Notes under the pieces: generated by a model | The model's input: the letters and a program-made list of their open reading frames with translations, nothing else | The model's database searches: none | What the model was told of the DNA's origin: nothing | Assembly (NCBI GenBank): GCA_017828855.1 | Contig: JAFZZV010000081.1 | Coordinates: 1 to 55,360 of the forward strand | DNA: 55,360 nucleotides | Reading direction: 5' to 3' | Source of the DNA: Oscillospiraceae bacterium | Lineage (GTDB): Bacteria > Bacillota > Clostridia > Oscillospirales > Ruminococcaceae | In this document: in pieces, positions 7,978 to 15,618 of the stretch | Numbering within the stretch: position 1 is the first letter of the stretch | How the letters are laid out: each line of letters starts with the position of its first letter | Program-made: the position numbers and the translations under genes

Positions 7978-9855
7978 TCAGATCGTATGGCTGATCATAT
8001 AAGCGCTGCGGAATGCGGTCTGAAGGTCTCCCATGCTGTTGCAGTCGCCGATGTGATAGAACTGCTTTCCGCAGTTCATGTACTTCACCGCTCCTGATAC
8101 ATCGGACTTCATCCCGGCTGCAAGAAGCACAGTTCCGGCTTTAAGTGTCTGCTCTTCCCCGTTCTCATCTATGTATGTAACACCATCCTCAGTGATCCCC
8201 GTACATGTCGCGTTGAGAATGATCTTCAGGGTATCCTCATACTCCCTGACTGCAGCAAGGAACATGCCGTAATAGTGATCCCTTCTGGCTTCTTCCGCAA
8301 TGACGTCCTTCATCTCGATGACTGTGACCCGCCTGCCGTTTTGCGCCAGATGCAGCGCAGTCTCTACACCGACCTCACCGCCGCCTACGATGATCACATC
8401 ATCAGCAACGCTCTTTTCATCCCCGTAGACGTCCACAGCAGGCTTCGCCCTCTCTATGCCCGGAATCGGCGGGATAACCGGCCTGGATCCTGTCGCTGCG
8501 ATGACCACGTCGTATCCCTGCTTCTCCAGCCAACCGGGATCCGGTTCGCTGTTCAGTTCGACATCTATCCCCGCGGACTCGTCTATCTTCCTTTCATACC
8601 AGTTCAGAAGATCCTTCATCGGCCACTTGAATGAGGCGTACCGACTGTGGTTCATCATTCCTCCGAGCCTTCCGCTCTTCTCGAACAGCGTAACAGCGTG
8701 CCCGCGGCCGGCGAGTTCAAGGGCCGCTTTCATTCCGGCAGGTCCTCCTCCTATGACGGCGACTTTTTTCTCGCGGGTTACCGGAACGTTCCTCCTGTCG
8801 ATGGTCTTTTCGGAAGCGAATCTGGGGTTGACCACGCAGACAGAGAGATTGTGGTTCGGATTATGGCACTTATTGCATCTAAGACACGGGATTATATCGT
8901 CTGCCCTGCCTTCATACAACAACCGTCCGTAGTCCGGATTGGAGATGAATGCCCTTGCCATGGATATCAGATCCGCACTTCCTTCAGCGATCGCGTTCTC
9001 GCAGTCCTCAGGCTTGAAGAAACCTGCTGAAGCCGCGATCATCTGCTTTACGCCGGCTTTCTTTACGTAATCAGCCATATAGAGAAAAGGCGTGCGGCTC
9101 TTTGCGAAGCCTGTCGGGTGCTGGTTGTCTATCTCCATGGAGCGTATGGTGAGTATATCTATGAGCCCCTCTGCTTCTTTTGCGAATGCCACGGTATCAT
9201 CCAGCGTCCAGCCGTTAGGGTCATCCTCATGTCCGGAGACCGAAGCTTCTATCAGGAAATCTTTCCCGCACTTTTCCTTGATCTTCCTGCAGAGCTCCAG
9301 AGAAAAGCGGATGCGGTTCTCAAAACTGCCGCCGAATTCGTCTGTGCGTTTGTTCATGATAGGGGACATGAGCTGCCCGGTCAGTACCATCTTGTATGAC
9401 ATGTGGATATATGTCCCGTCAAATCCGCAGTCCGCCATATATTTGGCAAGATCGGAGTATTTGTCTGTGATTTCATGCAGCGATTCTGCAGAATATCTCT
9501 CCTCACTTGGCTCACCGCCTCTTCCTTCCGGCAGCACCATGATGACTCCGTGTGCTCTTGCCCCGTAAAAGTGGATCGCATCGGCCATCTGTGCCATATA
9601 TGTCCATGTGTCCGGGTCAGAAGAATCCCACCCGTTCGATCCTTTCCATATCTTGCCGAACTGATTTCCGTCACAGGTCACGATCGCCGCGCCGCCTCTT
9701 GCGCGTTCCGCGTAGCATTCTATGAGAGTGTCAGACGGCCATGTCTCTCCAGCCTGGGCATGATAAGGCTGGGAGGGAGGACAGATCATCCTGTTCTTGA
9801 GGATGACGTCTCCTATCTGCAATGGCGAGAGCAGATTGGGGTAATGGGGATTCAT
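7978..9855 (-). CDS. OYE-family 2-enoate / 2,4-dienoyl-CoA reductase-like flavoenzyme (TIM barrel + Fe-S + FAD/NAD domain)
   Basis: 625 aa. It has an N-terminal NADH:flavin oxidoreductase barrel, a Cys cluster CLRCNKCH...CVVNP, then KKVAVIGGGPAGMKAALELAGRGH and VIIVGGGEVGVE Rossmann motifs. The RBS is AGGAGGAAAAATAC-ATG. Confidence 0.88.
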   Translation of the reverse strand: MNPHYPNLLSPLQIGDVILKNRMICPPSQPYHAQAGETWPSDTLIECYAERARGGAAIVTCDGNQFGKIWKGSNGWDSSDPDTWTYMAQMADAIHFYGARAHGVIMVLPEGRGGEPSEERYSAESLHEITDKYSDLAKYMADCGFDGTYIHMSYKMVLTGQLMSPIMNKRTDEFGGSFENRIRFSLELCRKIKEKCGKDFLIEASVSGHEDDPNGWTLDDTVAFAKEAEGLIDILTIRSMEIDNQHPTGFAKSRTPFLYMADYVKKAGVKQMIAASAGFFKPEDCENAIAEGSADLISMARAFISNPDYGRLLYEGRADDIIPCLRCNKCHNPNHNLSVCVVNPRFASEKTIDRRNVPVTREKKVAVIGGGPAGMKAALELAGRGHAVTLFEKSGRLGGMMNHSRYASFKWPMKDLLNWYERKIDESAGIDVELNSEPDPGWLEKQGYDVVIAATGSRPVIPPIPGIERAKPAVDVYGDEKSVADDVIIVGGGEVGVETALHLAQNGRRVTVIEMKDVIAEEARRDHYYGMFLAAVREYEDTLKIILNATCTGITEDGVTYIDENGEEQTLKAGTVLLAAGMKSDVSGAVKYMNCGKQFYHIGDCNSMGDLQTAFRSAYMISHTI

Positions 9856-10087
9856 GTATTTTTCCTCCTGTGCAAACAGCGTTGTCCAAAACTCACGTAG
9901 GCACCTTTTCAGACATTTTTCTCAAGCTTCCGTGAGAGCGGAGTCATGTCCAAATAGTAGCAGTTAACTCTTTTTATGTGAAGGACATTTCCTTTTCAGT
10001 TCCTGCAGCCTGGCTGCCGTATCTGTTATATAATACCGACAGAGATCTTTTCTGTGAGAATAATTACCTTTTTCAGGAGCATCTCAT

Positions 10088-10669
10088 ATGCCTTCTTTCA
10101 GTGACAAAGAATACAGAGAACTCAAATACACCGCAGGTGATGTCATCTCCGACATGTCATTTGAGAACTGCTCTTTCCTGAACTGTGTTTTCGATGCATG
10201 TACCTTTGAGAGATGTGTGTTCAGCAGCTGCAGCTTCACATCATGCTCTTTCGTCAGTCCAATGCCTAAAAACACTGATATGAGATTCTGCGATTTCAGG
10301 AGATGCAGGATCATCGGCGTCAGTTTTATGAGTTTTGTGGATGACGAGTATATACGCAAACCGGTTAATTCCATGCTCGAATGCAGACTCAAATACTGCC
10401 TGTTCCATGATATGTCTTTCCCGGACTATGATTTCAGCAGCAACGAGTTCTCTCAGTGTGAGTTCACGGAGTGTGCTCTCAACGGCGCTGTGTTCCGCAA
10501 ATGTGACCTAGCCGGGACCTCTTTTTCCAATTCTGATCTCAGGAGGGCAGATTTCAGACAGGCTGACGGCTATGTGATCGACATCTTCAACAACAAGCTT
10601 AAAGATGCCAGGTTCTCATCTCCGGAAGTCCTAAACCTTCTGTCTTCTCTTCACATCGAGATCGAGTGA
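10088..10669 (+). CDS. Pentapeptide-repeat protein, Qnr/MfpA-like size and layout
   Basis: 193 aa of consecutive A(D/N)LxX-type pentapeptides (FENCSFLNCVFDACTFERCVFSSCSFTSCSF ... CDLAGTSFSNSDLRRADFRQAD). A short C-terminal helix follows (EVLNLLSSLHIEIE). The RBS is AGGAGCATCTCAT-ATG. Confidence 0.8.
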   Translation: MPSFSDKEYRELKYTAGDVISDMSFENCSFLNCVFDACTFERCVFSSCSFTSCSFVSPMPKNTDMRFCDFRRCRIIGVSFMSFVDDEYIRKPVNSMLECRLKYCLFHDMSFPDYDFSSNEFSQCEFTECALNGAVFRKCDLAGTSFSNSDLRRADFRQADGYVIDIFNNKLKDARFSSPEVLNLLSSLHIEIE

Positions 10670-10752
10670 ACCTACGGTTTCTGCAGACGCTTATTTGAAA
10701 CCGGTTCTGTCCGAGACTATAATCTCATTAATTTGACAGGAGGACATTGGTT

Positions 10753-11295
10753 ATGATCAACAACGAAACGATGCAAAGCATCCTTGCGAGAAGAAGTTAT
10801 AAGATCTTCGACAGCAGACCGATCGATGACGAATCTCTTGAGACCATCGTCACCGCCGGTCTGTATGCCCCGACGGGGATGAACCGCCAGCCTTGGCACT
10901 TCACTGTGATCAGGAGCCCGGAAATGATGGAGAAGTTCGGAGAAGCAAGAAGGTCTCTTCCCCTTCCTCCCGGTGTCCCGGCCGGCGCTGCCGCTGCAAT
11001 GGGAGATCCCATGAGGAACGCACCGGTGATGATCATTGTTTCCGGAAAGGACGGCGGTACGACGCCCCAGGACTGCTGTCTCGCAATGGAGAACATGTTC
11101 ATAGCAGCTGCTTCTCTCGGGATCATGAGCGGGTGGGACCACGCCACCGTTATGGATGTATTTCCGAACAATCCGGAACTTAAGGCAGAGCTGATCCCCG
11201 AAGGCTACAGTGTTTATGCTGCCGCTTTCTTCGGATATCCTGGTCCGGAGGTAAAGGATCGCGGGGAGAGAAAAGGAACGGTTGAATACCTTTGA
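10753..11295 (+). CDS. Nitroreductase-family protein
   Basis: ILARRSYKIF...LYAPTGMNRQPWHFTVI is the classic nitroreductase N-terminal motif. The ATG at 10753 lies 8 nt after AGGAGGA. The ORF-track TTG at 10747 is less likely. Confidence 0.85.
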   Translation: MINNETMQSILARRSYKIFDSRPIDDESLETIVTAGLYAPTGMNRQPWHFTVIRSPEMMEKFGEARRSLPLPPGVPAGAAAAMGDPMRNAPVMIIVSGKDGGTTPQDCCLAMENMFIAAASLGIMSGWDHATVMDVFPNNPELKAELIPEGYSVYAAAFFGYPGPEVKDRGERKGTVEYL

Positions 11296-11311
11296 AGTCT
11301 TATTGCCATAC

Positions 11312-11337
11312 AAAAAACGCCCGCATGGGCGTTTTTT
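11312..11337. terminator. Bidirectional rho-independent terminator
   Basis: aaaaaacgccc-gcat-gggcgtttttt: a GC stem flanked by an A-tract and a T-tract, between convergent genes. Confidence 0.8.
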
Positions 11338-11391
11338 ATTCATGCCTGACGGCGATCAACGAATGCCTCTCCGTGTTCAGGAGATAAGGGA

Positions 11392-12294
11392 TCAGAGAAC
11401 ACCTTCTATCGGAGAGTTATCGACAGGAGTGTAATACCGTCCCGTTGATATTACATTCTCGTAGAACCGCACCGCATCATCTGCCAGGTCTTCATAGATA
11501 TCGAGCACATGACCGAATCCTGAGTGAATTATCAGTTTACAGTTAGGGAGGCATTCCGCTGTTCGGATCATGAGTTCAGGCCTGGATATAACGTCCTCCG
11601 TTCCCCCGAACATCAGCACCGGTGTACGTATCGTGCGCAGTGCCTGCCTGAGGTTCTCCTCGGTCCGTGTGGCAAGCAGCGCAGGTCCGATGTTTATCTT
11701 CAGTGTCTCCGGTGACTCAAATATCTTCTCATAATCCTCAGAAGCTCGCAGTGCGCGGTCTGTTTCCCTGCAGATGCGGCGCCGCTCCTGCAGCGCTGGA
11801 TCATCAGTCGGGACAAAAAAGAAATCGGGAAGAGAGCAGAATTCCGGCGCATCCGGATCCTTTTTATCAGTCACCGTATTCCCGCTCAGCACTCCTTCCA
11901 CAGGAATGCCCTCAGGACTCAGAGGCCCGGCTACCGATGCAAAGAAGCAGACCAGACGTTCCGGATGCCTGAGACACAGATGCCATCCAACACCGGAGCC
12001 ATGCGACGCACCGGAATACACGAACCGATCTGCGCCGATCCTGTCCGCAAAAGCCACTACATCGTCTGCAAACCTGTCATACCACCCGAGCCCGAAGTTC
12101 TCTTCCGTGTGTGTGGACCTGCCGAATCCACGGTCCGTAAGAAGAAAAACATGGAACCCTCTGCGTGCCATCTCGCGCTCGAACGAGAAGGCTGTATATT
12201 CATGATCGATCTGACTGCAAAGGATAAATCTGTCCCCGCTTCCGTATTCCTGATAGTAGATATCGGTATTCTCATCAACAGAACAGTACGGCAT
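11392..12294 (-). CDS. Alpha/beta-fold hydrolase
   Basis: 300 aa with the nucleophile elbow G-A-S-H-G (YSGASHGSGVG) and a C-terminal HSGFGH catalytic-His region. The RBS is GAGAGGAAGGAAAG-ATG. Confidence 0.75.
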   Translation of the reverse strand: MPYCSVDENTDIYYQEYGSGDRFILCSQIDHEYTAFSFEREMARRGFHVFLLTDRGFGRSTHTEENFGLGWYDRFADDVVAFADRIGADRFVYSGASHGSGVGWHLCLRHPERLVCFFASVAGPLSPEGIPVEGVLSGNTVTDKKDPDAPEFCSLPDFFFVPTDDPALQERRRICRETDRALRASEDYEKIFESPETLKINIGPALLATRTEENLRQALRTIRTPVLMFGGTEDVISRPELMIRTAECLPNCKLIIHSGFGHVLDIYEDLADDAVRFYENVISTGRYYTPVDNSPIEGVL

Positions 12295-12709
12295 CTTTCC
12301 TTCCTCTCTGTATCTCTTTTTTCAACTGCCCGGTGAAAACACAGCAACTGCAGCCCGTTGCAGATATTATAACCCGCGCAGAGGTTTTGGGTATCATCTT
12401 AGTCACGGATCATCAGGCATCCGGACAGGGCAGCTTGACAATGTGATTTTAGAACTGATCATTCCCGATCAGAAAGCGGTGCAGAATCATGCACGGACTG
12501 ATCATGTTGAATAATAGTTTCTTCCTTTTCAGATCAAAATATAGTAAAATTACGGAGGATCAGAACGCTCATCAGAAGCTGGAAAAGATAGCTCAAACTT
12601 ATCGCATCTTCTCATGAGCCCTTCATCAACGATCGGTCGGAAAAAGTGACCGGGACAAGTCCTGAGAGTCGTTTTGCCGCCCGGGAAATAATAAAAGGAG
12701 ACGATTTCT

Positions 12710-14281
12710 ATGATCAAGATCGATGCAAACGCCATCGCTACGACCAAGGCCGGCAAACTGCAGGGCGCAGAGATAGACGGCGTCTATCGCTTTCTCGGTA
12801 TCCGCTACGCGCAGTCTTCCGCGGGCAAGAACAGGTTCATGCCCCCACAGCCGCTGATTCCCTGGGATGACGTAAAGCCCGCCCTGTCTTACGCAGGCAA
12901 ATCCTGGCAGTGCGACACTCCCCGCATGGAGGATCCCGAGATCCGCTGCACAAGATATCCTTCCGCCTATGAGAAGCTCATGACCGGAAGCAACGAGATG
13001 GGCGGCGACGGCGACGAGGACTGCCTCGCACTGAACCTTTGGACCCCCGGTCTCAACGACGGCAGGAAGCGCCCCGTAATGGTATGGTTCCACGGCGGCG
13101 GAAACATCGCCGGCGCAGCCGAGGCCGACTGGCACGACGGCTTCAACATGGCTAAAAACGAAGATATCATCTTCATCTCTGTAGGACACAGGCTCGGCAT
13201 CTTCGGATATCTGTACCTGTGCGATCTCGACGAGCGCTTCAAGGACTGCGCCAACGTCGGCCATCAGGACATGGCAGCTGCGATGCAGTGGATCCATGAC
13301 AACATCGAGGCCTTCGGCGGAGATCCTGGCAACGTCACCATAGTCGGACAGTCCGGCGGCGGCGGAAAGGTCGCGAACCTTATGTCCATGCCGATGGTCA
13401 AGGGCAACGTCCACAAAGCCATCATCCAGTCCGGCGGATTCCGCGGGGCCACTCCGGAAGAAGGAAGCGCTATGACCAAGCAGTTCCTCGACTTCCTCGG
13501 CATCGACAAGACCAACATCGACAAGCTCTGGGATTACACCCCGCAGGAGCTCATCCAGAAGCAGAGAGAGATCAATGCCACACGTACGGTCGGCACATAC
13601 TTCGTCTGCCCCGTCGTCATGGACGGCAGAGTAGTCAAGTACGATCCGTTCGACGGCGCTGAAGGGTCCGAGTTCTGCAAGGACATCACCCTCATCACCG
13701 GCTATGACAAGGACGACGCGGTCCTGACGGCACTGATGGACCCCAAGATGTTCAAGTGGACAGAGGAAGATGTCAAGAACGCCATCAAGAACCTCGGATT
13801 CGATGACGCTCAGGCTGCTGACATCATCAGGATCTACAAGGGCTACATCGGCGAAGACGCACAGCCCGTACATCTCTTCACCACCTTCCTTAATGACCGC
13901 AACCACACCAAGGCCACATACACCAGGGCTCATTCCAGAGAGCTGGTCGGCGGCGGCGCACCGGTCTACAGCTACTGCTTCATGAGAGAGGGCAACGACC
14001 CCGAGTTCAGAGCCGTACACGGCGTTGAGATCCCGTTCTTCTTCGGAAACGCGGACTATGCACCGGCGCTCTGGAACTGCGACACCCACTATGATGCAAT
14101 GAAGCTCAACGTGGCAGCCCGCTCCGCATGGGCGGCATTCGCCAGGACCGGCAATCCCTCCAACCCCTACATGCCCGTTTGGAGACCCTATGACAGCGAG
14201 ACCCGCTACACCATGTGTGTGGACATCGACAGCAAACTCGTCAGCAAGTATCACGAGGAAGCGTACGATTACGTCTTCTGA
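12710..14281 (+). CDS. Type-B carboxylesterase (para-nitrobenzyl esterase-like)
   Basis: 523 aa with FLGIRYA, EDCLALNLWTP, VMVWFHGGG, the nucleophile GQSGGG and the His loop AVHGVEIPFFFG. The RBS is AAAAGGAGACGATTTCT-ATG. Confidence 0.92.
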   Translation: MIKIDANAIATTKAGKLQGAEIDGVYRFLGIRYAQSSAGKNRFMPPQPLIPWDDVKPALSYAGKSWQCDTPRMEDPEIRCTRYPSAYEKLMTGSNEMGGDGDEDCLALNLWTPGLNDGRKRPVMVWFHGGGNIAGAAEADWHDGFNMAKNEDIIFISVGHRLGIFGYLYLCDLDERFKDCANVGHQDMAAAMQWIHDNIEAFGGDPGNVTIVGQSGGGGKVANLMSMPMVKGNVHKAIIQSGGFRGATPEEGSAMTKQFLDFLGIDKTNIDKLWDYTPQELIQKQREINATRTVGTYFVCPVVMDGRVVKYDPFDGAEGSEFCKDITLITGYDKDDAVLTALMDPKMFKWTEEDVKNAIKNLGFDDAQAADIIRIYKGYIGEDAQPVHLFTTFLNDRNHTKATYTRAHSRELVGGGAPVYSYCFMREGNDPEFRAVHGVEIPFFFGNADYAPALWNCDTHYDAMKLNVAARSAWAAFARTGNPSNPYMPVWRPYDSETRYTMCVDIDSKLVSKYHEEAYDYVF

Positions 14282-14303
14282 TCATTCTTCCCGCTTCAAA
14301 TCA

Positions 14304-14339
14304 CAGACCCGCAGGCTACTGCCCGCGGGTCTGTTCTTG
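14304..14339 (+). terminator. Rho-independent terminator after the carboxylesterase gene
   Basis: Stem cagacccgc / gcgggtctg followed by ttcttgt. Confidence 0.65.
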
Positions 14340-14356
14340 TATTCGTGGTCGTCCAG

Positions 14357-14443
14357 TTATCTTGTAGGGATTATTTCCAGCCAGTACCCGTCTGGATCCT
14401 GAACGAAGTAGATCCCCATTGCCGGATTCTCAAGCAGATACAT
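14357..14443 (-). pseudogene. Remnant of the 3' end of a VOC/glyoxalase-family gene
   Basis: The minus-strand translation MYLLENPAMGIYFVQDPDGYWLEIIPTR* matches the terminal beta-strands of glyoxalase I/VOC proteins (..F..DPDGY.IEI..). An in-frame stop lies 11 codons upstream of the Met, and AT-rich sequence replaces the rest of the gene. Confidence 0.55.
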
Positions 14444-14467
14444 ACTGACAGTAGTATTTATTCTATT

Positions 14468-14483
14468 CTGATAGTATTATCAG
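14468..14483. promoter_or_regulatory. Inverted repeat upstream of the XRE-family regulator (candidate operator)
   Basis: ctgata-gtat-tatcag (6-4-6) in the AT-rich region 60-75 nt upstream of the ATG at 14545. AGTATT-like repeats flank it. Confidence 0.3.
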
Positions 14484-14544
14484 TGTATTCAATTGTGTTC
14501 CTTCAAAGGGGATAATATACACAGCAAGAAGCGGAGGCAGAGAA

Positions 14545-15618
14545 ATGAGGCTGGAACTAGCAGAGAACATACGCATGAACCGCAAACAGAGAAAACTGAC
14601 GCAGGAACAACTCGCGGAGATTCTCGGAGTCACTACCGGTGCAGTCTATAAATGGGAGTCCGGGCTGTCGGTCCCCGAACTTGACCTTATAGTCGAGATG
14701 GCTGATTTCTTTGACTGTTCGATAGATGCCCTCCTCGGTTTCAGGATGGACGACAGCCGCCTTCCTGCAGCAATACGCAGGATACGCTCGTTCGTGCGCA
14801 ACCGCGATCCCCAGGCAGTGACAGAAGCTGAAAAAGCTCTACAGAAATACCCGAATTCATTTGAGCTTGTCTATTTCTGTGCGATGACTTTCTTCGCGTT
14901 CGGTTCCACGCCTCTTGATGCCAATCTGTTAAGACGCTCTCTTGAACTGATGGAAAGGTCGATCGATCTTCTTCCGCAGAATAAAGACCCGGAGATAGGC
15001 GAGTCGACGATAATCGGAGAGATGGCAGAGGTCTTCCTGCTTCTCGGAGAAAAAGAAAAAGGTATCGATCTCCTCAAGCAGCACAATACCGGAGGGATAT
15101 TCAACGAATCGATAGGCATCAATCTCATTATCAACCTGGACCGTCCCGAAGAGGCAGAGCATTACCTGAATTCTGCGATGCTGAAAAGCACGTGTTCACT
15201 CATCGATACCGTTTGCGGAATGGTATACGTCTTCTTCGCTCACAAAGACTATAGTTCAGCAGAAGACATCCTGATGTGGGTCATCGGACTGATCAAAGGC
15301 CTTAAGAAAGATGCTGCATCAGGGCTGACTGACAAGGTCTTCGCCGAGTTCCTCGCGATGCTCGCCTGCGCGCTGAAGAAGGAAGGAAAGAACGACGCGG
15401 TGCTGCCGCACCTGCACGAGGCTTCGGAAAAGGCAGCCAGATTCGATGCTTCTCCCGATTACAGTATTGGCACTATCCGTTTCGTCTCAGATGCAGATGA
15501 AGCGATCGCTATCGACCTGCTGGGTGTCACAGCCGATGACGCCATTCTGAACATTCTCAATCGCCTCGGTGACGAAGAACTTATCGATGAATGGAGGGAT
15601 ATATGCGATGAGAGATGA
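14545..15618 (+). CDS. XRE-family HTH transcriptional regulator with a long helical (TPR-like) C-terminal domain
   Basis: The N-terminus RKQRKLTQEQLAEILGVTTGAVYKWESGLSVPELDLIVEMADFFDCSIDALLG is a canonical Cro/C1 HTH. About 290 aa of helical repeat-like sequence follow. The RBS is GGAGGCAGAGAA-ATG. Confidence 0.85.
   Translation: MRLELAENIRMNRKQRKLTQEQLAEILGVTTGAVYKWESGLSVPELDLIVEMADFFDCSIDALLGFRMDDSRLPAAIRRIRSFVRNRDPQAVTEAEKALQKYPNSFELVYFCAMTFFAFGSTPLDANLLRRSLELMERSIDLLPQNKDPEIGESTIIGEMAEVFLLLGEKEKGIDLLKQHNTGGIFNESIGINLIINLDRPEEAEHYLNSAMLKSTCSLIDTVCGMVYVFFAHKDYSSAEDILMWVIGLIKGLKKDAASGLTDKVFAEFLAMLACALKKEGKNDAVLPHLHEASEKAARFDASPDYSIGTIRFVSDADEAIAIDLLGVTADDAILNILNRLGDEELIDEWRDICDER

Noticed and set aside
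12626-14254. 542-aa ORF antisense to the carboxylesterase gene
   Set aside because: The plus-strand frame carries unmistakable carboxylesterase motifs (GQSGGG, VMVWFHGGG). The antisense product is a low-complexity Val/Gly/Asp/Ala-rich sequence with no RBS. Long antisense ORFs of this kind are expected in GC-rich coding DNA.
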